DNA of 64,000 nt from Octopus sinensis (Eukaryota), in NCBI RefSeq assembly GCF_006345805.1, contig NC_043018.1, positions 15,066,001-15,130,000 on the forward strand, given 5' to 3'. Shown piece by piece: positions 39,713 to 51,919 of this stretch (the stretch's first letter is position 1; the number at the start of each line of letters is the position of its first letter). Position numbers and translations under genes: made by a program. The notes beneath the pieces are model-generated. The model was not told the DNA's origin, ran no database searches, and was given only the letters and a program-made list of their open reading frames with translations.

Positions 39713-40429
39713 CACGTCGCCTGGTCCAGGAATCGAAACCACAATCTTACAATCATGATGCTGACACCCTAACCACTAAGCCACCACTCTGCTTTACCAT
39801 AGCAGTATTAATAACCATTCATTAAAACTATATTCATAAATTGACATAGTTTTTAATTCTCACAGTACCAGATAACCCTTTATTGTTCAAATCATAATTT
39901 TATGTCTGTACTAATTTTCAAGTTATTTTTTTTTTCTGTTAGAAACTGGTTCTTCCTCCAAGTAAAATAGTTACTATGGTTATATCTGACACAGTCAGTA
40001 CATTTAGAGCAGTGACGGAGATGTTGGGGTGGAGGGGAAACGCACCTCTCTTTACCTAGATTTTCAAACTGTGGCCACCACATTACACTTCCGACCCCTT
40101 CCCCACCTCAACATCCTCCCACACACCATGCAGTCACTCACAATTCAAGTTACAGTGGGCCAAAGAGAAAGAAGGGGTCACTGTAGAGTGGTGGGTGGGT
40201 GAGTGAGGAGGGGGAGGAGGGGGTAGTGATCCCTTAGTGTGAGTGTGAGTGTGAAACAGGGGTTAGAGCTTAGAACTGGAACTGACTAAGAAGCAAACAG
40301 CTGGGGCACAAGGGGGTGGTGTTGATAGGGAGCACAAGTATTGGTACATAAGCAGGAGGGACGGGGGGGGGCACGAGAGAAATTCTTGATGAGGAAGATA
40401 GCATGAGAGGGAGTCAGAGAGAGAGAGAG

Positions 40430-40462
<33 letters not shown>

Positions 40463-41121
40463 GGGAGAGAGAGAGAGACCTGTGTTAGGATAAAAGTGTG
40501 TTGGCAGTGGTGATGACCACAGGACAAAGAAGCTGTTGCTGGTTTGTCACAGATCAACTCTGTGCAAATAAAGATCTTATGATCAAAAGTCGTTCCCGAT
40601 GCGACTACCCCCTTTTTTTTTTGCTAGGAACTACGTAACTAGGACCACATCTACCCTTTCTTTTACAGACAGTGTGACATGAGGGTGATTCTCGGCAGCT
40701 ATTTCTTGTGGCACAAATAACTTCCGCGGAGGTTCGTTCATTGGCTCATGAGACTGAGGGGGAAGGGGGGAGAGCAAGGGGAAGGGGGGAGAGCAGGGGT
40801 AGAGAGAGAGAGTGGAGTAAGTGGACTGGAATGAGAAATGGATGGTCATGAAAACACAGGGAGATAAAGAGAAGAAATCACTGGCAGTGACTCATGGTTT
40901 CTACATGTAGGCACACACACACATACAAGCGCACTCCACCCGAGCCCCCCACCCCGTACACGTGCCTGTGAGAGAGAGAGAGAGAGAGAGAGAGTGCATA
41001 TATGCTACAAGCTTAGTCAGTGACTAGACAAACAGAAATAGACCAGCATTGACTGGTGATGGCAGTAAAGCAGAGACGTTGAGAAAGTGATGTGTGTATA
41101 TGTATATATATATATATATAT

Positions 41122-41513
41122 ACTCTTTACTCTTTTATTTGTTTCAGTCATTTGACTGCGGCCATGCTGGAGCACCGCCTTTAATCGAGCAACTCGACCC
41201 CGGAACTTATTCTTTGTATGCCCAGTACTTATTCTATCGGTCTCTTTTGCCGAACCGCTAAGTGACGGGGACGTAGACACACCAGCATCGGTTGTCAAGC
41301 AATGCTAGGGGGACAAACACACACACACACATATATATATACATATACATATATACGACAGGCTTCTTTCAGTTTCCGTCTACCAAATCCACTCACAAGG
41401 CATTGGTCGGCCCGGGGCTATAGCAGAAGACACTTGCCCAAGATGCCACGCAGTGGGACTGAACCCGGAACCATGTGGTTGGTTAGCAAGCTACTTACCA
41501 CACAGCCACTCCT
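41122..41513 (-). mobile_element. SINE family B, young subfamily
   Basis: Near-identical to the copies at 45784-46179, 54833-55227 and 59873-60284. Confidence 0.9.
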
Positions 41514-41732
41514 ATATATATATAATGTGATAAATGAAAATATATGCATACATACAAACATATATGTACGTACCTACATCTACATGTATATATACATGCA
41601 TATATAAATATATATACGTGAGTACAGGACACCACAATAAGACGTAGAAACGGGAAAAACAAAAAAAAACAAAAAACAAGAAAACGAAAAAAAAAACACA
41701 GTTACAGGACGTGCTACACAAGGAAAAAACCC

Positions 41733-41787
<55 letters not shown>

Positions 41788-42018
41788 CAGAAGCAGAGAG
41801 GGGGGAAATGACGGTGCAGTGTAACAGTGAAATTGAGGGAGGTAACTGTGTTTAAAGATGCTAAACTAACATCCACGTCATTTGCTACGACTCTAGCAAC
41901 TTGTGTTATGAGCCATCGAGGGAGCCTCCACATGGACAAACGACATACTAGAAAGAACACCCAAACTGCCCTACAATCACACCCTCCCCTATTAAAGGAA
42001 AAGAAAGACTACATAGGA

Positions 42019-42197
42019 CAGTGGTTTTCAACCAGGGTTCCGCAAGAAGTTACAAAACTGCTAAAATCGGCAGTAATTTTTAATTCACCTGTGCAGATAT
42101 GTGTGCATAAGACTATTAAATTATTGCACAGGGGTTCCTCGAGCCAGTGGAATGTTTCCTTGGGGTTCCGCTCCAGCAAAAAGTTTGAAAAGCACTG
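42019..42197. mobile_element. hAT (Charlie-like) MITE, 179 bp
   Basis: Imperfect TIRs CAGTGGTTTTCAACC / GTTTGAAAAGCACTG and an 8-bp TSD (a/g)catagga at 42011-42018 and 42198-42205. Confidence 0.8.
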
Positions 42198-43194
42198 GCA
42201 TAGGATAATGTGGTTCTAAAAGATAAGGGGATAGGGGTTAGAAAGTCCTTGGTCAAGTCTCTTGGATCCGAATTGATTAGGGGACTTAACGACAAAAAAG
42301 AAAGGAAGCAAAATAAAATATGGACAAGCAGTGGCTTATGATATCAAAGCATTTATAAAATACTTATTATAAAGACGTGTATTTAAATATAATTAACCAA
42401 AAGGAGTGGCTGTGTGGTAAGTAGCTTGGTTACGAACCACATGGTTCCGGGTTCAGTCCCCACTGCGTGGCACCTTGGGCAAGTGTCTTCTACGATAGCC
42501 TCAGGCCGATCAAAGCCAGCATCAGAAAGATGAAGACAAAGGCTACGTTTGTGGTGCATGAACTCAGAATGTAATTGGTTGTTACTAGAAACTGTTAAGT
42601 CCACCTTGGTACTACTACTCCTCAGTAGGAAATCGCAGGCTACTTTGGAAGAGATGGGTAAAATAGTTTTGGTACATCAGTAGTTCTTATTTTATCAATT
42701 CAGGAAAAATGAATGTCAAAGTTGACCATAGCAGGATTAGAACTCAAACATGCAAAGTCAAAACAACTACACACTGTTTGCATTAAACCTAATTACAGCT
42801 CAAGTCCCCCAAGATCCTTTGATCTCCAGTGTATGAGTTATTAATTAAGCATTTCTGGATAATGAACTTCACATCACATGCAGGCTTAATTCATCCTAAC
42901 TTAAAATAAACACACACACACACACACACACAATTAAATTAGGCAGTAGTTTAGCAATGTATCACCAAAAAAGGAAAACTATAATTATCATTAAATAAGA
43001 GTTAGAATGCTACAAATAAGAGCTAAAGTCCTCTGATGCTGCAGTCAATGTGTTGTTAACACACCCGTCTTCATCTTTTGTCTGTTTTTTTTTTGTAAAT
43101 TCCAATATATATATATATATATGTACATATTATTGAAAAGTAGCAGAAATATAACTCTTCTGAAGCTCATATTCTTAGCACCCCTACAATCAAT

Positions 43195-43625
43195 AGTAGC
43201 ACAACAAATGGCCAGTCCAGTGTGACTGGCGAAATGCTACAGCAGAAGCATATAGATATGCAGTGTGCAAGAGGTAGGATGGAGGGAAGCCTCTACTAGA
43301 CTCATCATGAGCAAGGAACAAACTCTTTTGGGTATGTAGCAGATGGCATGGGTGGTGTAGGTATATTTTTGACTGAGAAATGGCCAGATAAAGTGATTGA
43401 GGTTATCAGAGTGTGTGATAGGATTGTTAAGCTAAGACTAGTGTTAGATTAAACAACAATATCATATATCTCAGATCAATTTGGACTGGCAGATCAACAG
43501 AAGACCCATTTCTATGAGGCCTTCTGTAGATCACCTTGATGACAGATGACAATGTCCTTTGAGTAGCTGGTGATTTCAAAAGACATATAGGGCAGCACCC
43601 CAAGAAATTTCATAGTGTGCATGGC
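43195..43625 (+). mobile_element. Decayed RTE-clade LINE endonuclease fragment
   Basis: VQEVGWRE, GVGIFLTEKWPDKVIEVIRVCDRIVKLRLVL, VAGDFKRHIG. Confidence 0.75.
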
Positions 43626-45746
43626 AGTTATGTGTTTTGTTCTAGAAATGGAAGGAATGAAGGTGTTGGAATTCTGTGATGCAAATTACATTTTCACAAC
43701 TTTTTTTTTTATCTTAACACGTTATACACTTCCTTTCCCCATACAACATGATGATAATTTGGAAACAGCTGAATTTCTTATGTTCTTGAGAAACTAATAA
43801 AAATGTTACAAAAGATTTAAAGATGAAAATATTTAAGGAAAGAAAACAACAAATTAACGCTTGCAATGAAATTTTGCTATACACTGCAAGCCCTCACACT
43901 AGGTCTAAACTTGGTCCAATACCCTAAGCTCCAAGAGGGTTTCAATACGTTGCTATGGGAACAGACACAAATAGCATCGCCAGCTGGATGGGCTGTTCAG
44001 AATGGATAAATCTGATTGGCTAAAATTACAAAAAAAAAAAAGAAAAAATTTAAAGATTCATTAATTTCTCCCAAAATAGCTGTGATTTTCGTAATTGGCA
44101 TTAAAAAAAAAAACTACACGTGTAGAAATTCTCAATAAAACCGAAAGAATGGTGTTAACGCAAAAAGATCCAATTAAAAATTGAACTCGTAATTTTTTTT
44201 TTTAATGTGTCTAAAACATAATTTGGAAAACGTTTTCGGAGGAAAAATAAATACAAAATGTCAAAAGTGAAAAAGTTATATCCGGGTTGTATTCGGAAAA
44301 GAAGAAGTTTAAAGTTTAAGAAAGGAAAAACAATCAATCTCTGATGAAAACAGAAACAGAAAGAAATCGGCCGAAATATGCAAAAATAAATAAATTTTAA
44401 AAGTGCCACGGGGTGGGGTCAGGAGGGGTGCTTATTGCCATGGAGATTGTAATGTTCTTAGGGTCTTAGACCGTTTACAACGGAGTCCAGAAAAGAAGAA
44501 AAATAGGTCGACATTCGGTCAATGTAAAATTCTTGTGGTTAGTAATGGTGATGGTGATGATGATGATGATGAAAAGTTAAAGAATAACACTGATTACGAA
44601 AAGACTTGATACTTTTTGGTGCCATTTGGAACAGATTGCCGATATAATCCCTCTTCGATAAAAAATCAAACGAACACTAACATATGTGTAAGCATATTCC
44701 CCCCACCACACAGTTCATCTTTGAATATAAATATAAATATAAATGTATATGTGTATATATATGCTTGTGTGTATGTGAGTGTGTGTGTGTGTATGTGTGT
44801 ATGTATGTGTGTGTGTGTGTGTGTGCATATGTTGCCGACGTAAACGGTTTGCTTGTATGACGTATATTACAGGAACTTATTACAGAAAAAGGAAAAAAAC
44901 AACCAACAACAACAAAAAAAAACCCATAAGAAACAATTTCGGACACAGAATACAATGGTGTGCACATTCGTGTATGTGGCCGAAATTGTTTCTTGTTTAG
45001 GGAGAGAAATTTAAGGGCTTAAAAACCTGTGTGTGTGCAGACATACACATCGCTAATATTTAATGAAACACACACACACACACATCACACATACACAACA
45101 CACATACACACATCACACAAACACACAACACACACACACACAACACAACACACATACACACAACATAAACACACACACAACACACATACACACAACACAC
45201 ACACACATAACACACCTCACACACACACAACACAAACACACACACATATCCAGTCGCTCATCGAAATACGCATACATTAATATTGTAGTAATTGTTTCTT
45301 TTTACCAATATTGTCAATCAGACGAACGAATCCCCACCCACCCAAACAAAAAACGGAAAACGACAAACAAAAGAACACCCCCACCACCACCCTCGCCACC
45401 AGTCAAAAACTTTAAAAAATGTGGATAACACAAATATGAACACAGACAAAAAAAAGGTTTTTAAGTTTATATTTTGCAGTGCTTTGAGTTTTCCTTTTGT
45501 CGCTTTCGTTTCTTGAAAATTACGTCAACCAATCTGTAAATTCACATTTCGAATAAATAGACACATCGTACATTTGTATTCGCGTAAAATAAGTATTGGT
45601 TCCGTAGACATTTGGAAAAGTTTATAAACAATAAATATTCGGGATTTCGTAATATTCTTTAAATGCAATTGGAATTCTTTACATAAGTACGCACGTACGT
45701 ACGTGTGTGCGTACTTACGTACGTGCGTACGTACTACATGCATACA

Positions 45747-45779
<33 letters not shown>

Positions 45780-45783
45780 GTAT

Positions 45784-46179
45784 ACTCTTTTACTCTTTTA
45801 CTTGTTTCAGTCATTTGACTGCGGCCATGCTGGAGCACCGCCTTTAGTCGAGCAAATCGACCCCGGCACTTATTCTTTGTAAGCCCAGTACTTATTCTAT
45901 CGGTCTCTTTTGCCGAACCGCTAAGTGACGGGGACGTAAACACACCAGCATCGGTTGTCAAGCAATGCTAGGGGGACAAACACAGACACACACACTTATA
46001 TATATATATATATATATATACATATATACGACAGGCTTCTTTCAGTTTCCGTCTACCAAATCCACTCACAAGGCATTGGTCGACCCGGGGCTATAGCAGA
46101 AGACACTTGCCCAAGATGCCACGCAGTGGGACTGAACCCGGAACCATGGTTGGTTAGCAAGCTACTTACCACACAGCCA
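45784..46179 (-). mobile_element. SINE family B, young subfamily
   Basis: Collinear with 41122-41513. Confidence 0.9.
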
Positions 46180-46574
46180 TGTATATATCCATTAATAATT
46201 CACAGAACGTAATACATTCAGAATATAAACATGCCCTCTCTCTCCAGACACACACACACACACACACACTGCAGGTACCCATACAATGAGATAAAAAAAA
46301 AATATGATCAACAGAGATTATCCAAGTAATTAGCAAATAAAAACTCCCTCCGGAAGTGTTTGAAATCTGTAGAAAAAGTCAGGGAGGTAACTCCAATAAT
46401 TCGTTCAAAACTTTTGGGACAAACAATGCAGATTAGAGTGAATTTGATTTTAAAGAAACTGGTAAACAAAACAAACATGTTCCGGCTTTTATCAGACCTC
46501 CTCAGCAAATCATTTTATATTTAGTTAAAAGACTAAAAGTGATCAATCAATATGCACAAACAAGCATATATATA

Positions 46575-46870
46575 TATATAGCACGTGATCAACCAGACTA
46601 TCAGATGTTGCTACACATCGCTGGTCACAATGCGTTTCGCATTGTCTTAGCCTTCAAATGACGCCACCCCACTGGATAAGCGAGCAGACCAACAGAAGAA
46701 AGAGTGAGAGAAAGAGTACAGCAGGGATCGCCCCCATTCCCTGCCGGAGCCACGTGGGGCTTTAGGTGTTTTCTCTCAATAAACACTCACAACGCCCGGT
46801 TTGGGAACTGAAACCGTGATCCTACGACCGCGAGTCCGCTGCCTTAACCACTGGGCCACTGCACCTCCGC
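46575..46870 (-). mobile_element. tRNA-derived SINE family E (tail type 1)
   Basis: Reverse complement of the 52981-53285 copy. Confidence 0.8.
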
Positions 46871-47809
46871 ACAAACATATGTCTATACGGGGGATGTAGT
46901 GACGGTTATAACGAATATATGATATAGCTGGTGGAAAGTACTTCCGAAGAGCGTTCTGCCTACTAAACACAAATATGTTTGAGTCAGACTTTGTTCATAT
47001 ATATTCATAATTAGAGTCACCACGCTTCGCTGAGAAAGGTTAATGACACCGAAACATGTCAGCCGCATTTACCGGTTGCCTTTAAAAATCAGACACACAC
47101 TGTAAACACCTGCATCGTCCTATATTGCTCTAAATTTCGATCGGTTGGTCTTTTGGCAGAAATTTCCCGTATTGCTTTTCCTTAAAAAAATTTTAATTTT
47201 AAACACATCTAAAGAAAGCATTTATCTTTTAATTGTTTGGATAAACTCAATTTATCGAAACAAAAGCGTATTGAAATATGCGGGACATTTTTGTACTTAA
47301 TATGCAGAATGCCCTCGCCTACCCCCGATCATCTTCATTGAACTTTTACAAATACCACACATTTTTATTTTAAAAAATAAAAGGTGTTGGCAATGGACCG
47401 TGAAAACTTATAAAGTCTGTAATATTTGTGTGCGTATAAGTGCATGTACGCAATCGGCGTGTCTGTTGTGGTTAAGAAGATTGTTTCCCAACCAAATTGT
47501 CTTGGGTTCAGCTCCAATGAGTGATACCTTAGGCAAGTGTCCTCTCCTACAGACCCAGACTCACACAAAGCCTTGTGAGTGGATTTAGTAGACGGAAACT
47601 GAAAGAATTGTCATATATATATAGATATATATATATAATCCTGACACGTTTTTTTCTCTCTCCCCATTTTTTACTCTCATCTCATTCTATCGAAGAGCGT
47701 AGGCTCGAAGCGTCAAAGACTTTTCCCCAGCTTCAAACTAATACACCTGCTTGTTGTTCCTTCACCTGTCTGTCTTTTCTTTTCTGCGTATGTATGTATG
47801 TACATATAT

Positions 47810-48049
47810 ATATTCTGTTGTGTCTGGGGAGAGTCATTTTCTTTTTATGCCTTATAATTTAACACACTCACCGGTAAAATTTCCATTTATTTCTTATTTT
47901 TATTTTCCTAAAATTTTCGTTGCGTCTTGCAACCTTTTCAATAGTCTTTAGGGAAATAAAAATAAGAAATAAGTGGAAATTTTACCGGTGAGTGTGTTAA
48001 ATTATATGACACAAAAAGAAAATGACTCTCCCCAAACACAACAGAATAT
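47810..48049. repeat. Inverted repeat with 103-bp arms (6 mismatches) and a 34-nt loop
   Basis: 47810-47912 aligned by eye to the reverse complement of 47947-48049. Confidence 0.9.
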
Positions 48050-48895
48050 GCTTCAACACACGAACTCATATAAAGAATCTTGCAAACCAAATCCCAAAAC
48101 GATATATATATATACACCTTTTCCTTGTATTACTCATTAGACTGTGGCCATACGAGGGCGCTGCTTTGAAGAATTTTTAGTCGAATGAATCGACCTCAGT
48201 ACTTTTTTTTTTTAAGACTGATACTTATTCAATCAACATCTTTTGCCGAACTGCTAAATTACGGGGACGTAAACACACCAACAGCTGTTGTCAAGCGGTG
48301 GTGAGGGTAAACACACACACACACTTTCCCTTGAATTTGATTAATCTCTCACAGTTTAAAGTTGGGACTTTATCCCCTCTTCAAACTGAATATTTCGAAA
48401 TTACCTCAGCAGAATTCGGACTCGCAATCGAAATAAAACTGAATACTGCCATACATCCGTACAAAGAACACCAATTTCTCTATTATCATAGATTGAGAGA
48501 CACGTATAACGAGATGTGATGTTTGTGCCTTCATCAAACTTGTTTCTGACGCAACTAGAATTGGTAGCAGTGGGTTCTTTCATTATCACCGAATATGATG
48601 GGGATTAGAACGACTCCCCTAAGTTACTTGCTTTTATTTAATTGACCCTCGATGGACGAAAGACAAAACCATTCTGCGGACGAATTAAACTCACAACAGA
48701 ACCGAAACTAAAAAAAATAATAAAATACTGCAACGTTTTATTATTTCTGTTAATAATAAACGATTCCTTTTGACTAAGCGAACCTAAGTTACGTGAGAGG
48801 GAAACTGTAAGTGGTGGATTTCATGGCTTTCCAAACGACCGGAATGATAACAATAAGAGCAAGAATAAATATAATGGTAATAAACTGGATCTTAC

Positions 48896-48899
48896 CCAT
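48896..48899 (-). CDS. BTBD17-like: Putative first coding micro-segment ATGG|gtaaga of the BTB gene, giving MGNWLLRLRKVKMSSSP... (482 aa)
   Basis: Good donor GTAAGA directly after ATG-G. Phase 1 matches the phase-1 start of exon 31652. It is preceded by ~300 nt of non-repetitive UTR-like sequence. Linkage across the 17-kb intron is inferred. Confidence 0.45.
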
Positions 48900-49450
48900 A
48901 GAATACGGCAGCTTTGGGACGGCGACATAGATGCACACTTGCTCTCGTAGATAGTCACACGGACACAAACTGACTACCCGAGAGAGAACGAACACTAAAC
49001 ACTAAACACCCACATAGATATTGTATGGAAACACCCAGTCGGCTCTGAACTGGAAGATGTCTCCTCTTCGTATCCGCAAAAGATAGTTTTGCTCTTCGCG
49101 AACTTCCGACATTTCAGGAAAGAGATATATATCCACACACACACACACACGGAGATAAAAGTAAACAGACAGAAACAATTACAGATGAATAGAAGAGACA
49201 GAAATAGCAAAACGAGGACAGCAGGAATTCTATTAGAGGACGGTCAGAAGAAAGAGAAAGGCTGAGTGTTAGAGAGAGGGGGAAGAGAAATCAAAATAGA
49301 CGGGGAGAGAGAGAGAGAGAAGATAATAGAACATAAGCTAGATGTGGAGAGGGAAGGAGAGAGAAAGTAAGAGAGAGAAGAGAAAGAGAAAAAGGGTAGG
49401 CTTGATTGAGAGAGAGAAGTACTAATGCAGACAGGTTTTAATTCAGCAGA
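48900..49450 (-). promoter_or_regulatory. Candidate 5' UTR/promoter of the BTB gene
   Basis: Unique, CpG-containing block upstream of ATG 48899, with an ETS-like CGGAAGT near 49105 and a GA/CT-rich tract at 49250-49420. Position-based inference only. Confidence 0.3.
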
Positions 49451-50499
49451 CACCAGCTGGGAAGTAAGTTAACCAGCTTAGTTAATATATTAAATACTTC
49501 GACAATTAAAAGGCAAGAAAAGAATTGATAGTAGAAAAAAAAAAGAGCAAAGCAGCTTTCTTTGTTGTTGCTTAGCCCCAGGCCTGCCCCAGTCGAGCAA
49601 AACCCATGATCAAAGGAGCTTCTATCGTAGCGATCATCGTAACTTCTTTACAGACTTTGGTGTATCTAGAACTTCGTCTGCCTCTCTTAAAATAGAAAGA
49701 AGGGTGTGATTAGAGGAAGATTTAGCTACAGTTTCTAGGTGAAGTCACCAGGGTGTGATTAGAGGAAGATTTAGCTACTGTTTCTAGGTGAAGTCACCTC
49801 ACAGAGGCTGTCTCATTTGATTGTCTTTGTTACTTGTTAATTTTCTATTTCTTAAGTTATTTTTATCTCGCTTTCTCTCTCGTATATTTTTGTCATATCT
49901 CGTTATTCAGTAAAGCAGGAACTAAATATATAAATATATGAAACGTGCAAAAACAAAAAAAAGAGGGTAAAATAAGATTAATTGGTGAATGGAAGTGTGT
50001 CCTAAATTTTCGAGTAGGGTCAGAGGAGGCTATCGTCTTCATTGACCAGATGTAAACTGATATCAAGAAACTATTTTATATCTTCAAATATTCTTACTAT
50101 TTTGAGTTCAAACCACCCAGCTTATCTTTTCCTTTCATCCTTTAAGGGTCGATAAATAAGCACTAACCATGTATTGAGGCCGATATAAACAGCTGTTCAT
50201 CCCGCCCTCCCCAACCAAATTAATTTGTAGCCTTGTGTCAATGTGGACAGCGATGAGATCCATATGGTTAACAAATTCGCTTCACAATCAGGTTCCGCAT
50301 TCAATTCCTCTTGACACCTTGAGCAAATGTCTCCAATAACATCAGGTCGACTCCAGCTTGGTGAGTGGAACTGATTTACTATCAACTGCGAGGAAGTTTG
50401 TTTGATAGACTAGAAACGTTTTGCAGCGAATCCATCTTCCGGTTTAACACAACTTGGTCCTTGATTGTTTGTAGCAGAGTCTACAAATGTTGCAAGGGC

Positions 50500-51180
50500 T
50501 GGAAGCAGGGATCCGGTTTGGGAATAACTAGATTTCTTTATGCGACTCTTCTACAAGTACACCGATTTGTGTACTCGGCATCTGCGTACGTAGCTTTCAT
50601 CCTCCATTCGCATTATATGCCCCAACCATCGCAGTCTCTTCTCTTTCATACTACAACCGATTCTCCCCTTTCAGTTCATTTACCCTTCGTTCATGAACAC
50701 TAGCATGGCGCATCCAGTGAAAAAAAGGGCCTGCCTTTGTATTTCGGCATATGTTTCGCTACCGGGCAGCAGCAAACTTCACACACAAGCATCGAACAAT
50801 CTACCATTGACTTCGAGGGAGAAGCCCTTTGTTGCTACCTGGACTTTCTCAACCTTTTATTCATTCTGCCTGTCATACTTTCGGAACGTCCGCTCCAAAT
50901 GCTAATTTGGGTCTCTAGGCAGCAAAGGTTATCTTCTAGGAAACCGTCCAGACACCTGAGAACATCTATTCTCTAAGTACGTTAATGCTTATTGCTCTTG
51001 CGCACCCAGTTCATACGAAATACACCTCTGATGGCCTGCCTCTGGTCTCACTACATATCTTGTGTGTCCATTGTTTACTATGGGCACTCGTAGAATGCTT
51101 CCTGACTTCTTTTCTGGTAACGAAGCACAACGGTTTCCCTGATGCTAGAAAGAATTTGTCTTACTTTCTTCCTACTTAGC
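50500..51180 (-). mobile_element. Decayed RTE-clade LINE ORF C-terminal fragment
   Basis: KGFSLEVNGRLFDACV..LLPGSET and EKRLRWLGHIMRMEDES on the minus strand. Confidence 0.75.
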
Positions 51181-51258
51181 AAACTTTTGGTTTTCAATAT
51201 GTTTACTTCAATTCTAGGTTGTGCTTCCTTGTTTGGAATTTTTATTTCAATTCTTCCA

Positions 51259-51685
51259 CAGATTCTGCGGCGGACGTAAAGAATGTGATCCGCAACCCCC
51301 CCCCCCCCCTTCGTTATTTTTATTATTATTTTTTTTTACAGAACCCACCATTTTTGAGTACGGAGATTCTGATTCTGCAAAAAAAAAAAATAAAGCATTT
51401 AAAAATTTTAATACTCCCACCCCCAAATTTCCATTTATTTCAAAAAAAGTTTTTTTTAGATTCATAATCTTCGTATTTTTCTACGTATTTCGCAAAAAGA
51501 AATTTCTGAAAAAAAGTGAAAATTGAAGAATTGGAAGGGGTGGGGGTGGAATTAAAATTTTAAAATGCCTTTTTTTGTAGCAGAATCAGAACCTCCGTAC
51601 TCGAAAATGGGGGGGAGTCTGTAAAAAAACAAATAATAATAACGAAATGGGGTGCGGTCCACGTTCTTTACGTCCGCTAATTCTG
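51259..51685. mobile_element. Fold-back/MITE-like element with ~170-bp imperfect terminal inverted repeats
   Basis: 51259-51430 matches the reverse complement of 51525-51685 (gcggacgtaaagaa, gagtacggag.ttctgattctgc and aaaattttaat motifs). No TSD identified. Confidence 0.7.
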
Positions 51686-51919
51686 TTATAAGGGGTAAGT
51701 TATCAGCATACAATAATTTCGAAGACAGCCGATTCCTCTGTTATGGCTTAGAGGAACATGATAAATAGGAGGGAACAGAAAAGAGAATTCTGAAGAACAC
51801 TATCTATAGATGTCCATTTAACGCAAAGAACCCAATTTTGAAGAGAGTTTCTACCGCAAAGAACCCAATTTTGAAGAGAGTTTCATGTTATAGTTTACAA
51901 GGGTATAGTTTTTCATTAA

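Noticed and set aside
49700-49798. ~49-bp direct duplication (also 29-bp at 51821-51882 and 18-bp at 5047-5085)
   Set aside because: Small local slippage duplications inside old repeats, with no sign of function.
50365-51179. Plus-strand ORFs of 64-112 aa
   Set aside because: They are antisense shadows of the RTE fragment on the minus strand.
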